A stretch of 64,000 bases of DNA, taken from IMG/VR virus record IMGVR_UViG_3300025770_000006, positions 96,001 to 160,000 of that record. The stretch is one strand, 5' to 3'. How positions within the stretch are numbered: position 1 is the stretch's first letter; every line of letters begins with the position of its first letter. This stretch comes from a virus. Positions 50,512 to 58,471 of this stretch are shown here, piece by piece. The notes beneath the pieces were generated by a model. That model was not told the DNA's origin and made no database searches. It saw only the letters and a list, made by a program, of their open reading frames with translations. Made by a program: the position numbers and the translations under genes.

Positions 50512-51435
50512 ATGTGGAACTACCTAACCCCCAAAGACTTTGAGACATTGATACCTTACTTAAAGAGTGCAATACAACGAGGGTGGAAGTATTACGATCT
50601 CTGTGTGATAGATCGTATGTGGTGTTATAATAATCAAATCCTCTTCAAGATAGAGAACGACATATTATATGTGTCTAGGTTGCACCGCTTCATTAATAAC
50701 TTAATCCATAAGATGCAGTTCCCTCCAATCCACTTGTACGGTGATGAGGAACTTGAAAAGAAAGCCTTGCTAGGAGCTTTGGAAATAGGTGTGTCCGTAA
50801 ACGCCACAAAGCAAGTCGCAAAAGACCTCGGATTAAAATACACCTTAATGAGTCAATGGGATGGTGGGTGTGAAGTGGTCTATACAAAAGACCATCTCAA
50901 AATGGACGGTAAAAAATATGCAAAGCGAAGAGGTGAGTTAAACAAAATCAAAAGGTTGATTTCTAGCGGTCAACTCATGGTCAAACTCGATAGTGATTTA
51001 GATTCTTTGTACGGTCTGTTTCAAACATGGAAAAGGCAACAAGGGTACAAAACAGGGATGTATGAATACCTCCTTAAAAACAAAGAATACTTACCCTACT
51101 TAAAAGTCTTTAGTGTGCGTAACTCTGATAAGGTAGTGTTTGCATCTGTGTTCCTAAACATCGACAAATCGACTTGGATTTCCCCTTGCTCAATGACGGA
51201 TTATGAAAATACAGTTAGTGGGTTTCAAAGACTCTCTAAGATCCTCCTGTTAGATATGCAGGAAGATTTAGAAACGATCATCGAAGGTGGGTGGGTCACA
51301 GAAGAAATCAAAAGAGGAAAGACATTGATCCCTCACGAGATATGGAGGATCGCTAAAATCATAAGCCCCAAAAAGCTCTCGAAGATTGAGTGGGAGAGTT
51401 TTAAGCCAAAACCGAATACCTACTTTGGAGTTTAA
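50512..51435 (+). CDS. DUF2156/MprF-C-like aminoacyl-transferase-like protein B, 307 aa
   Basis: start moved to MWNYL; MDGKKYAKRRGELN; shares FPPIHLYGDEE with protein A. Confidence 0.6.
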   Translation: MWNYLTPKDFETLIPYLKSAIQRGWKYYDLCVIDRMWCYNNQILFKIENDILYVSRLHRFINNLIHKMQFPPIHLYGDEELEKKALLGALEIGVSVNATKQVAKDLGLKYTLMSQWDGGCEVVYTKDHLKMDGKKYAKRRGELNKIKRLISSGQLMVKLDSDLDSLYGLFQTWKRQQGYKTGMYEYLLKNKEYLPYLKVFSVRNSDKVVFASVFLNIDKSTWISPCSMTDYENTVSGFQRLSKILLLDMQEDLETIIEGGWVTEEIKRGKTLIPHEIWRIAKIISPKKLSKIEWESFKPKPNTYFGV

Positions 51436-51436
51436 T

Positions 51437-53449
51437 ATGTTATTTGAAACAACATTCAACGCTGAGAGTTTCTACAAGAAGTTTACACCAATCTTAAAAG
51501 AGATCTCTGTACCAGAAAACTTAGTGCCGTTTGCAGAGTGCTTATCCGAGTATCACGAACTAGACTTAGATATTTCCGTTGAGCCTAAAGTATTTGTAGA
51601 TCCACAAGATGGTGGCGACCAAAAAAAAGCCATCGTTCTTTTATCTGGAGGGATTGATAGTGCTTGGTGTCTCTTATGGGCTTTAGAACAAGGTCTGAAT
51701 CCACAACCTTTATTTGTGGATGGGCTGAACGCTTCTCAAAACTCTCGTGAGCGTAAAGCTGTCCAAGTCTTATGTGATAAGCTAGACCTGCCCCTCATCA
51801 CATATAAACACCCAACCCATCTCAAAAAGCTACATAAAGATCCGTCTAATATATTCAAGATACCAGAGAGCTTTGTGAAACTACAGTATGCTCTGATGGC
51901 AATCAAAGATGACATACGAAAAGAGGGCATAGCAGGGGTCATTGTCACCTGCCCTACTAACCAACCCGAATACATTGACCCTACTGCACCTAAGAAAGAA
52001 AATGGGGAACCGCTGACATGGTTTCAAGACTCAGAAGAGTCTATGGAAACTTTCTTACCGTTCCTCTCCGATTATATTGGGTGGGGTTTTAAAGGATACT
52101 ACCCTGTCACCATGAAAGAGCAGAAGATAAAAGCTCTAATGGACAAAGGGATCTTTGAAGATACCTGCTCGTGCGTATGCAATCCTATGTTCTTTTCGGG
52201 TCATCGTAAGAGATCAAAACCCAAGTATTCCAATATGTGCGGCGTGTGTTGGAAGTGCAAAGAAAACCTAGCTTTCATCAGTAAACTTAACCGAGATGAT
52301 GAAGTCGTTGAAGATGAGATGCCAGAAGAGCCTCAAATGAAACCTTGGCAAAAAGGATATGAGTTAGATTATCTTAAAAGCGTAGAGGGTCAGTTCAACG
52401 CTTTTAATGACCTGTGTATTTCCCCATTCCTACAGATGAAAAAAAATAAAGTCGCAGACCACTTACACGATGGCACTTTAATCCTTAAAGACGGATTTAG
52501 GTGCATCCTTAAAAAGTCTAAAACTAGAACGAGTATAAAAGTGTACTCGAATAGGGATCACACCCTCGCTTATAAAGATGTAGGCGAGTTCGCTATGGGT
52601 AAGTTAGTCATTGATGATGTGAGTGAGTTTAAAGAATACTGCGATAAGATTGATCAGAACATTTGGGTCATCAGCTTTGACTCGATTGAGAAAGATCTTC
52701 TCTCATGCGGGTTTGTTAAGCTAGGATATAAATACACCTCCTTTGGTGATGATCTCACTGTGTTCCTTTTGCAAAAGCAAATCGACTTTTTCGGTACGAA
52801 CACAAATAGACTAATCTTTAATGACCCTTTAGAAAGAGCTACCTGTGTGAAACTCGACTCCAACTTTGAGGTTGAGTCCATCGCAGATAAGTTAGCCGCT
52901 TACGAATTTAAGAAGCACTACTCCAACTACAATAGTGGTGGGTGGTCAGCTATCAGTCTAAGAGGGTTTAGCGATGACCCCTCCTTCATTATCAAACCAG
53001 AAGAGATGAATGATAAATGGACGGAGCAAAACTCAGAGACAGATTTCTATCTGAGAGACACCGAAGCGTATGAATATTTTAGCGAGGTAAGGGAGATCAT
53101 AAACACAGTCGCCCCAAACCAAAAGATCGAGAGGGTGAGAATAATGAAGCTCTCTGAAGGATCTGAGATTAAAAAGCATACTGATCTAGTAGATCCAGAT
53201 TGTGGTGTCGGGGTAGGAGAAACAGCAAGGTTTCATGTGCCGATTAAAACAAAAGATGCTGTCTTTGAGGTATGGGGACAAAATGGTAAAGAGTCATTCT
53301 CTTTAGAGAAGGGTTCTCTATGGTATCTCGACACAAGAAAACCACACCGAGTCATTAACCCAACCAGCGATAGATACCATCTTGTTTTTGATGTCTTTGT
53401 TGATCAAGAAATAAGAGAACTTATCAAGAGATGCTTAAATGTTCTTTGA
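51437..53449 (+). CDS. fusion of a QueC-like PP-loop ATPase, a central (GNAT-like?) domain and an Asp/Asn beta-hydroxylase-type 2OG-Fe(II) dioxygenase, 670 aa
   Basis: VLLSGGIDS, CSC...CGVCWKC; HTD...RFHVP...PHRVIN...RYHLVFD. Confidence 0.8.
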   Translation: MLFETTFNAESFYKKFTPILKEISVPENLVPFAECLSEYHELDLDISVEPKVFVDPQDGGDQKKAIVLLSGGIDSAWCLLWALEQGLNPQPLFVDGLNASQNSRERKAVQVLCDKLDLPLITYKHPTHLKKLHKDPSNIFKIPESFVKLQYALMAIKDDIRKEGIAGVIVTCPTNQPEYIDPTAPKKENGEPLTWFQDSEESMETFLPFLSDYIGWGFKGYYPVTMKEQKIKALMDKGIFEDTCSCVCNPMFFSGHRKRSKPKYSNMCGVCWKCKENLAFISKLNRDDEVVEDEMPEEPQMKPWQKGYELDYLKSVEGQFNAFNDLCISPFLQMKKNKVADHLHDGTLILKDGFRCILKKSKTRTSIKVYSNRDHTLAYKDVGEFAMGKLVIDDVSEFKEYCDKIDQNIWVISFDSIEKDLLSCGFVKLGYKYTSFGDDLTVFLLQKQIDFFGTNTNRLIFNDPLERATCVKLDSNFEVESIADKLAAYEFKKHYSNYNSGGWSAISLRGFSDDPSFIIKPEEMNDKWTEQNSETDFYLRDTEAYEYFSEVREIINTVAPNQKIERVRIMKLSEGSEIKKHTDLVDPDCGVGVGETARFHVPIKTKDAVFEVWGQNGKESFSLEKGSLWYLDTRKPHRVINPTSDRYHLVFDVFVDQEIRELIKRCLNVL

Positions 53450-54614
53450 ATATAAGACTGAACTTAACTCACTAGACGACATTGAATATATTAAAGATGG
53501 CTATCTTCACATACGCCCTAACGAATGGAGTATGCTTCGTGAGAAATATACTAAGGAAGATATCAAAGACCATATCGCACCCATCGTTGAGTCTTTACCT
53601 TATCCTTACTCTGAGTACACAACGGAGTCTGCAAAGAAGGACTTCATAAGCCTCAAAGCGAAAAAAGAGCCATTCGTATTTGATGAATGGGTAGCACCAC
53701 GCCAAGCTACTCCCCTAGAGACTACTTATCTAGGTAAGCACATTTACCTCAACAGCTATTACAAAGGTAAAGAGGTGTCTAACCTGTTCACTCAAGAACA
53801 GAGGATGAAATGTAGCTATCGCACACAAGGTAACTCACCTTATGACGAATGGGTCAACGCTAGTAAGAATAACTCGTTCCTACGATGCTTCTTCGGTATC
53901 TGTGAAAATGACATTTATGAGAGGGGTGGGGTCAATAAACAAACCCTTAGAAGAGCATTGAAGATGCACACATATATGGCTAGTCAGTTCAAAGCTGAGT
54001 CTGCTAAAGCTCTCTATGATCTGTTCCAATCTAAAAGCGTCTTAGATTTCTCAGCAGGTTGGGGTGATAGGTTAGTAGGCTTCCTAGCTTCAAATGCCGA
54101 CTCCTATATTGGGATTGATCCTAATACTAAGCTCCATGAACCATATCAGCAAATCGTCAACCTCTGTGATACAGGTAAAGAGGTTAGGTTTATTTGCTCA
54201 CCTGCTGAAAATGCTGACCTCTCTGATGTCAAAGTAGACTTTATCTTTACGAGCCCACCATACTTTGACATCGAAAGGTACAGTACAGAGTCCACACAAT
54301 CATGGAAGCGATACCCAGACCTTAAGGATTGGGTCAATGATTTCTTACTCGCTACCCTCACCAAGTGCTGGTCTGCACTTAAAGATGGTGGCCGGATAGC
54401 CATCAACATTGCGGATAAAAAAGGAGAGGACATCTGCACTCCTATGCTTGAACACATGAAGAATTTAGGGGCTACATATGAAGGGGTGATAGGATATCGA
54501 ATGTCTGAGCGTGGTGGTCAGAAAACAGATTGCCCTACTTGTGAGCCGATCTTTATTTGGAGTAAGGGTTTAACACCCGAACCTAAATGGAATTATAATG
54601 AGTATTTTTTTTGA
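53439..54614 (+). CDS. DNA amino-methyltransferase, paralog 4
   Basis: DFSAGWGDR, FTSPPYF. Confidence 0.88.
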   Translation: MFFEYKTELNSLDDIEYIKDGYLHIRPNEWSMLREKYTKEDIKDHIAPIVESLPYPYSEYTTESAKKDFISLKAKKEPFVFDEWVAPRQATPLETTYLGKHIYLNSYYKGKEVSNLFTQEQRMKCSYRTQGNSPYDEWVNASKNNSFLRCFFGICENDIYERGGVNKQTLRRALKMHTYMASQFKAESAKALYDLFQSKSVLDFSAGWGDRLVGFLASNADSYIGIDPNTKLHEPYQQIVNLCDTGKEVRFICSPAENADLSDVKVDFIFTSPPYFDIERYSTESTQSWKRYPDLKDWVNDFLLATLTKCWSALKDGGRIAINIADKKGEDICTPMLEHMKNLGATYEGVIGYRMSERGGQKTDCPTCEPIFIWSKGLTPEPKWNYNEYFF

Positions 54615-54623
54615 AGAGGTGTT

Positions 54624-55751
54624 ATGCAGTTATTTAACTACAAAAAAATAGGAGGTCAGACCCTTAAATCAAAAGTGGTCTTAGATCCTGTCGTTGAAAA
54701 AGTAGCAAGTGAGTCCGACTATAAGTTCAATGGTGAAACTTCATTTGTTGTACCTGAGTTTGATGTTCCTCCCGACTTCACATTAGGAGTGATATATGGG
54801 CCGAGTGGTTCGGGTAAGTCTACCCTCTTAAAAGAATTCGGAGAAGAAGCTGTTGGAGCATGGGATCAATCTTTAGCTATAGCTTCTCAAGTAGACCCAA
54901 ACCTACTCTTGAGACTCGGATTATCGTCTATCCCCTCTCTTTGCAGACCATATCATGTCTTAAGCACAGGTGAGAAACATAGAGCTGATATAGCTAAAAA
55001 CCTAACAAATGGATGTGTCATAGATGAGTTCACTTCTGTGTGTAATCGAGACTTCGCTCAATCAATCTCTGTGGGACTGAGGAAAGTCATAGATCATTAC
55101 GGATATAAAAATGTGGTCATCGCTACCTGCCACGAAGATGTCATAAATTGGTTAGAACCAGATTGGGTTGCTAACACATTAACGAGGCGGCTCGTAGAAG
55201 GGAGGTCGGAAAGGCGATCTTCAACTTTTAGAGTTCTACCTTGCTCAGTCGAAGTCTGGTCAATCTTCAGCGACCATCATTATCTGAGTGGAGATCTCAA
55301 CAAGGGTGCTCATTGTTGGCTACTCATCAACGAAAATAATACAATCTGTGGCTTCATGTCTGCGATTGCATTACCAGGAGGGAATGTACGCAATGCTTGG
55401 AGAACACATCGAACAGTAATCTTACCCGACTTTCAAGGTATGGGATTAGGGTCAAGACTGTCTAATGCTATAGCTAAGATGTACTACGATAAAGGATGTC
55501 GATTCTTCGGTAAAACTGCACACCCAAAGCTCGGTGAACATCGAAACAACTCTGAACTATGGAAACCCACAAGGAATAATAGAGTCAGCAACAAGAGTAT
55601 GTCCTATGAAAAAATGAAGGACTCCAAATACTCTAAAAAGTTTCTGCAAAAGCACAACAATAGAGTATGTTATGCACATGAATATATTGGCGATGGAACT
55701 ATGAACTTGAAAGGTCAAGAGCCAAAAAAAGAGCATACTCCATTCTTTTGA
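54624..55751 (+). CDS. ABC-type ATPase fused to a GNAT acetyltransferase
   Basis: GPSGSGKST, LSTGE signature, IDEFTS; RTVILPDFQGMGLG acetyl-CoA motif. Confidence 0.85.
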   Translation: MQLFNYKKIGGQTLKSKVVLDPVVEKVASESDYKFNGETSFVVPEFDVPPDFTLGVIYGPSGSGKSTLLKEFGEEAVGAWDQSLAIASQVDPNLLLRLGLSSIPSLCRPYHVLSTGEKHRADIAKNLTNGCVIDEFTSVCNRDFAQSISVGLRKVIDHYGYKNVVIATCHEDVINWLEPDWVANTLTRRLVEGRSERRSSTFRVLPCSVEVWSIFSDHHYLSGDLNKGAHCWLLINENNTICGFMSAIALPGGNVRNAWRTHRTVILPDFQGMGLGSRLSNAIAKMYYDKGCRFFGKTAHPKLGEHRNNSELWKPTRNNRVSNKSMSYEKMKDSKYSKKFLQKHNNRVCYAHEYIGDGTMNLKGQEPKKEHTPFF

Positions 55752-55781
55752 TTTCTTATAACCATAGTGAGGAGTGAGACT

Positions 55782-56129
55782 ATGAGTTTAGAAGAACTAC
55801 TAAAAAGAAATCGGGTGCAACTGCAAAAGAAGCAGGGCGACTATCTGTACTTCATCCAGTCAAGCAAAACAGGGATGATAAAGATAGGTCGATCTAAACA
55901 CCCTAAGAAGAGACTCAAACAACTTCAAACAGGGAACTCAAATACGCTCCGTATTATCGCCTCATTTGAAGGTTTAGGGTGGAGGGAACCCCACCTACAC
56001 GAAGACCTCAAAAAGTGGCGTATACGCCAAAATGGAGAGTGGTTTCACCATGATTGTGTCGGGTCGATCCCTACTGATCTATATGAGATGATCGAATGGG
56101 GAGCGTTTGATGACTGGTGGAAACCTTAA
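55782..56129 (+). CDS. GIY-YIG superfamily (T5orf172/MUG113-like) protein
   Basis: YLYFIQ...IKIGRS..PKKRLKQLQTGN...GEWF. Confidence 0.8.
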   Translation: MSLEELLKRNRVQLQKKQGDYLYFIQSSKTGMIKIGRSKHPKKRLKQLQTGNSNTLRIIASFEGLGWREPHLHEDLKKWRIRQNGEWFHHDCVGSIPTDLYEMIEWGAFDDWWKP

Positions 56130-56146
56130 CGAGTAAAAAGAAACTA

Positions 56147-56293
56147 TTAACAATGATCCTCTTCTATTAAAGGTTGCGAATCTATCTTTCTCAACATCTC
56201 CTTTGGGTCAAGCTCATCAACAGAAGAATTATTCTGCGAGATTGACCCACAAGAGAAAAGAAAAAAGAGGAATAAAGAAAAAAGAAGTCTCAT
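56147..56293 (-). CDS. small lipoprotein, 48 aa (not in ORF track)
   Basis: hand translation MRLLFSLFLFFLFSCGSISQNNSSVDELDPKEMLRKIDSQPLIEEDHC; late motif at 56336-56347. Confidence 0.55.
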   Translation of the reverse strand: MRLLFSLFLFFLFSCGSISQNNSSVDELDPKEMLRKIDSQPLIEEDHC

Positions 56294-56334
56294 GTGTTGT
56301 ACCCTAACTTATTATCAATATCTCTAAAAAAGGG

Positions 56335-56383
56335 TATAAAGAAACTACAAATCCTCGTCATATTCCTGTTGAGCGAGGATTAA
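56335..56383. repeat. short copy of the late motif plus the 3' end of the actin-like gene (matches 56843-56895 except for a 4-bp deletion)
   Basis: TATAAAGAAACTACAAAT...CCTCGTCATATTCCTGTTGAGCGAGGATTAA. Confidence 0.85.
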
Positions 56384-56796
56384 GCCTCTTTTACTTCAAT
56401 CTCTTTATGGTCATAGATAACTTGGAAAGTCATCTTATGAACATAATTTTCAACCCCAAAAAGTTGAAGTTTTCTGGGTCTATCCATCGTACACTTAACC
56501 TCAACTATTAGATCCCCAGCAAGATTAATAGATCGATACCCAAGAACTTTAATGTCTAAGTCGTCTGGTGTGTCTTCGGGAATATCAAAATCAAAAAAAC
56601 CCTCGATGCCCAAGAAAAAGTCATATAAAGCGTCTTCTACCCAGTTTGATCTAACTCTTGACCCCGATAGTTTGCTTAAATCTTTTGCTATCGTGGTGGA
56701 TAGGCTCTTGAGGGTTTCTTCCCGACTTGATTGTTTTTCAAGTCTAGCGATTCTTGACTCAAGGTTACGGATAATTTCACTAGCTGATCTTCTCAT
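56380..56796 (-). CDS. MRRSASE-leader protein 4 (138 aa)
   Basis: MRRSASEIIRNLESRIARLEKQSS; late motif at 56844-56855. Confidence 0.85.
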   Translation of the reverse strand: MRRSASEIIRNLESRIARLEKQSSREETLKSLSTTIAKDLSKLSGSRVRSNWVEDALYDFFLGIEGFFDFDIPEDTPDDLDIKVLGYRSINLAGDLIVEVKCTMDRPRKLQLFGVENYVHKMTFQVIYDHKEIEVKEA

Positions 56797-56859
56797 GGTT
56801 TACTCCAGTGGTTTAAGGTTAATGAGATCACTTATGAGAAGATATAAAGAAACTACAAA

Positions 56860-56995
56860 TCAATCCTCGTCATATTCCTGTTGAGCGAGGATTAACATAC
56901 CCTTAGAGACAGCGTGAAGCGGGTCAGAAGCATGACGAACCTCTGAGATCTCGATAGGGGAACGCTTTTTCTTAGTCTCAAAGACCTCCCTAAAG
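56860..56995 (-). pseudogene. 136-bp duplicated 3' end of the actin-like gene (copy of 57470-57605)
   Basis: 6 mismatches, 5 of them synonymous third positions in HASDPLHA. Confidence 0.85.
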
Positions 56996-57005
56996 TTATT
57001 ATTTT

Positions 57006-57395
57006 TTAACCAACAATGACAGTGTTAGGTCGATCAACCATGTTTGTTTGATACCTGTCCATTAACTCCGCATCAGTATCGAGGATGGCTTTGTTAATTT
57101 CTACTTCAACGCAAAAATGCACTTTGCTTGACGAGATTGTCTTTACATTAGAGACAATACCCATTTGCCGAAGGTTTACCATATCAGACATGAAAGAGGA
57201 AACTGCTGATTTTAGAGTAGATGGATAAAGGTGCGTGAAGCAATACTCATTAGCATGGGAGTTAAAATTCATTAAAATAACACATTCATCTCCGTCAATT
57301 ATTCTGGTATTGTATGCCGCAGTTTTACTTTTACCTTCAAGTCGTGCGATCCTAGACTCAAGATTTCTGATTACTTCACTAGCTGATCTTTTCAT
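57006..57395 (-). CDS. MRRSASE-leader protein 5 (129 aa)
   Basis: start moved to MKRSASEVIRNLESRIARLEGKSKTA; late motif at 57444-57455. Confidence 0.85.
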   Translation of the reverse strand: MKRSASEVIRNLESRIARLEGKSKTAAYNTRIIDGDECVILMNFNSHANEYCFTHLYPSTLKSAVSSFMSDMVNLRQMGIVSNVKTISSSKVHFCVEVEINKAILDTDAELMDRYQTNMVDRPNTVIVG

Positions 57396-57469
57396 TATAG
57401 TTCTCCATTTTGTTAAGGTTAAAGAGATCACTTAAGACCAATTATAAATAAACTATTAACCTTGACAGC

Positions 57470-58471
57470 TCAATCCTCGTCATATTCCTGTTGAGCGAGG
57501 ATTAACATACCCTTAGAGACAGCATGGAGAGGGTCTGACGCATGACGAACCTCTGAGATCTCGATAGGGAAACGCTTTTTCTTAGTCTCAAAGACCTCCC
57601 TAAAGAAGTCCATGAATCCACCTGCGAGACTTGTACCACCACCCACTACGATTGGAATGGGTTTGTTAAGGGTGAGGTGTCCACCTTTCATCACAAACTG
57701 CTGTGCGATGTTATCTAAAGCGTGTTCAATAAGAGCCTTATAATAGAACGAGATCGCTTCTTCTTCTCTATTCTTAGGTGCTTTAAGGTCAATGCCCTTC
57801 TCTTTTACCGCACACATTTTAGAAGCTGTTGCACCTACTGATCGAGCCGCTCCTTGATCAATCCAATCACCACCACGAGCAACGGAGAAGGATAACCCCT
57901 CAATGGTGCTGATAGCGAGAGCGATATTGGTCATACCAGAACCGAAACTAATCCCGACACCAGAAAAACCTTCCTTTGCAGTCTCTGCGAAGACGATAGC
58001 CATAGCTTCGTTGGCGGGGTGTGCAGTATATCCACATTCTTGAACGATGCGAGTGAATACACCCTTATGATAAACAACATCCATATTAGCGTCCACAGGA
58101 GCCGCAGGGATTGAGAAATAACAATGCTCTCCCTCATGGCTAGGGTCACCGAGAACATCTTTGACCATATGTCCGAGAACGGTAAGGGAGTCGATCTCAT
58201 CAGCAGAGATAAGACCTGCTTTAAGGGGTCTACGACCTTCTCTACCGAACATATTAGCTACTTCCATAGCTTCATCCCCAAGTACAAGTAGATTGTCGTC
58301 AGCTTCGATGTATGACACCGAGCCGAGTTTGAGCATCTTTTTAGCCGAAGATGGGAGATCAATAAAGAGGTCACGCATCCTTCTTAGAGTTACTTCATTT
58401 TTCTTAGCACCACTCATGCGAGCAGACACCAAGTTCATAGTTCCAATGTCAAGTCCTACACCTTTACTCAT
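57470..58471 (-). CDS. actin-like ATPase (MreB/ParM/FtsA superfamily)
   Basis: phosphate-1 GLDIGT, connect-1 NEAMA, phosphate-2 ISFGSGMT, adenosine VGGGTS. Confidence 0.85.
   Translation of the reverse strand: MSKGVGLDIGTMNLVSARMSGAKKNEVTLRRMRDLFIDLPSSAKKMLKLGSVSYIEADDNLLVLGDEAMEVANMFGREGRRPLKAGLISADEIDSLTVLGHMVKDVLGDPSHEGEHCYFSIPAAPVDANMDVVYHKGVFTRIVQECGYTAHPANEAMAIVFAETAKEGFSGVGISFGSGMTNIALAISTIEGLSFSVARGGDWIDQGAARSVGATASKMCAVKEKGIDLKAPKNREEEAISFYYKALIEHALDNIAQQFVMKGGHLTLNKPIPIVVGGGTSLAGGFMDFFREVFETKKKRFPIEISEVRHASDPLHAVSKGMLILAQQEYDED

Noticed and set aside
51437-53449. Complete 7-deazaguanine (dpd) DNA modification pathway
   Set aside because: Only a QueC-like domain is visible; folE, queD, queE and dpdA are not recognisable in this window.
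54624-55751. ABC transporter
   Set aside because: No membrane permease nearby, and the ATPase is fused to a GNAT domain.
56860-57605. Diversity-generating retroelement TR/VR pair
   Set aside because: Mismatches are mostly synonymous and not confined to adenines of one copy, and there is no reverse transcriptase in the window.
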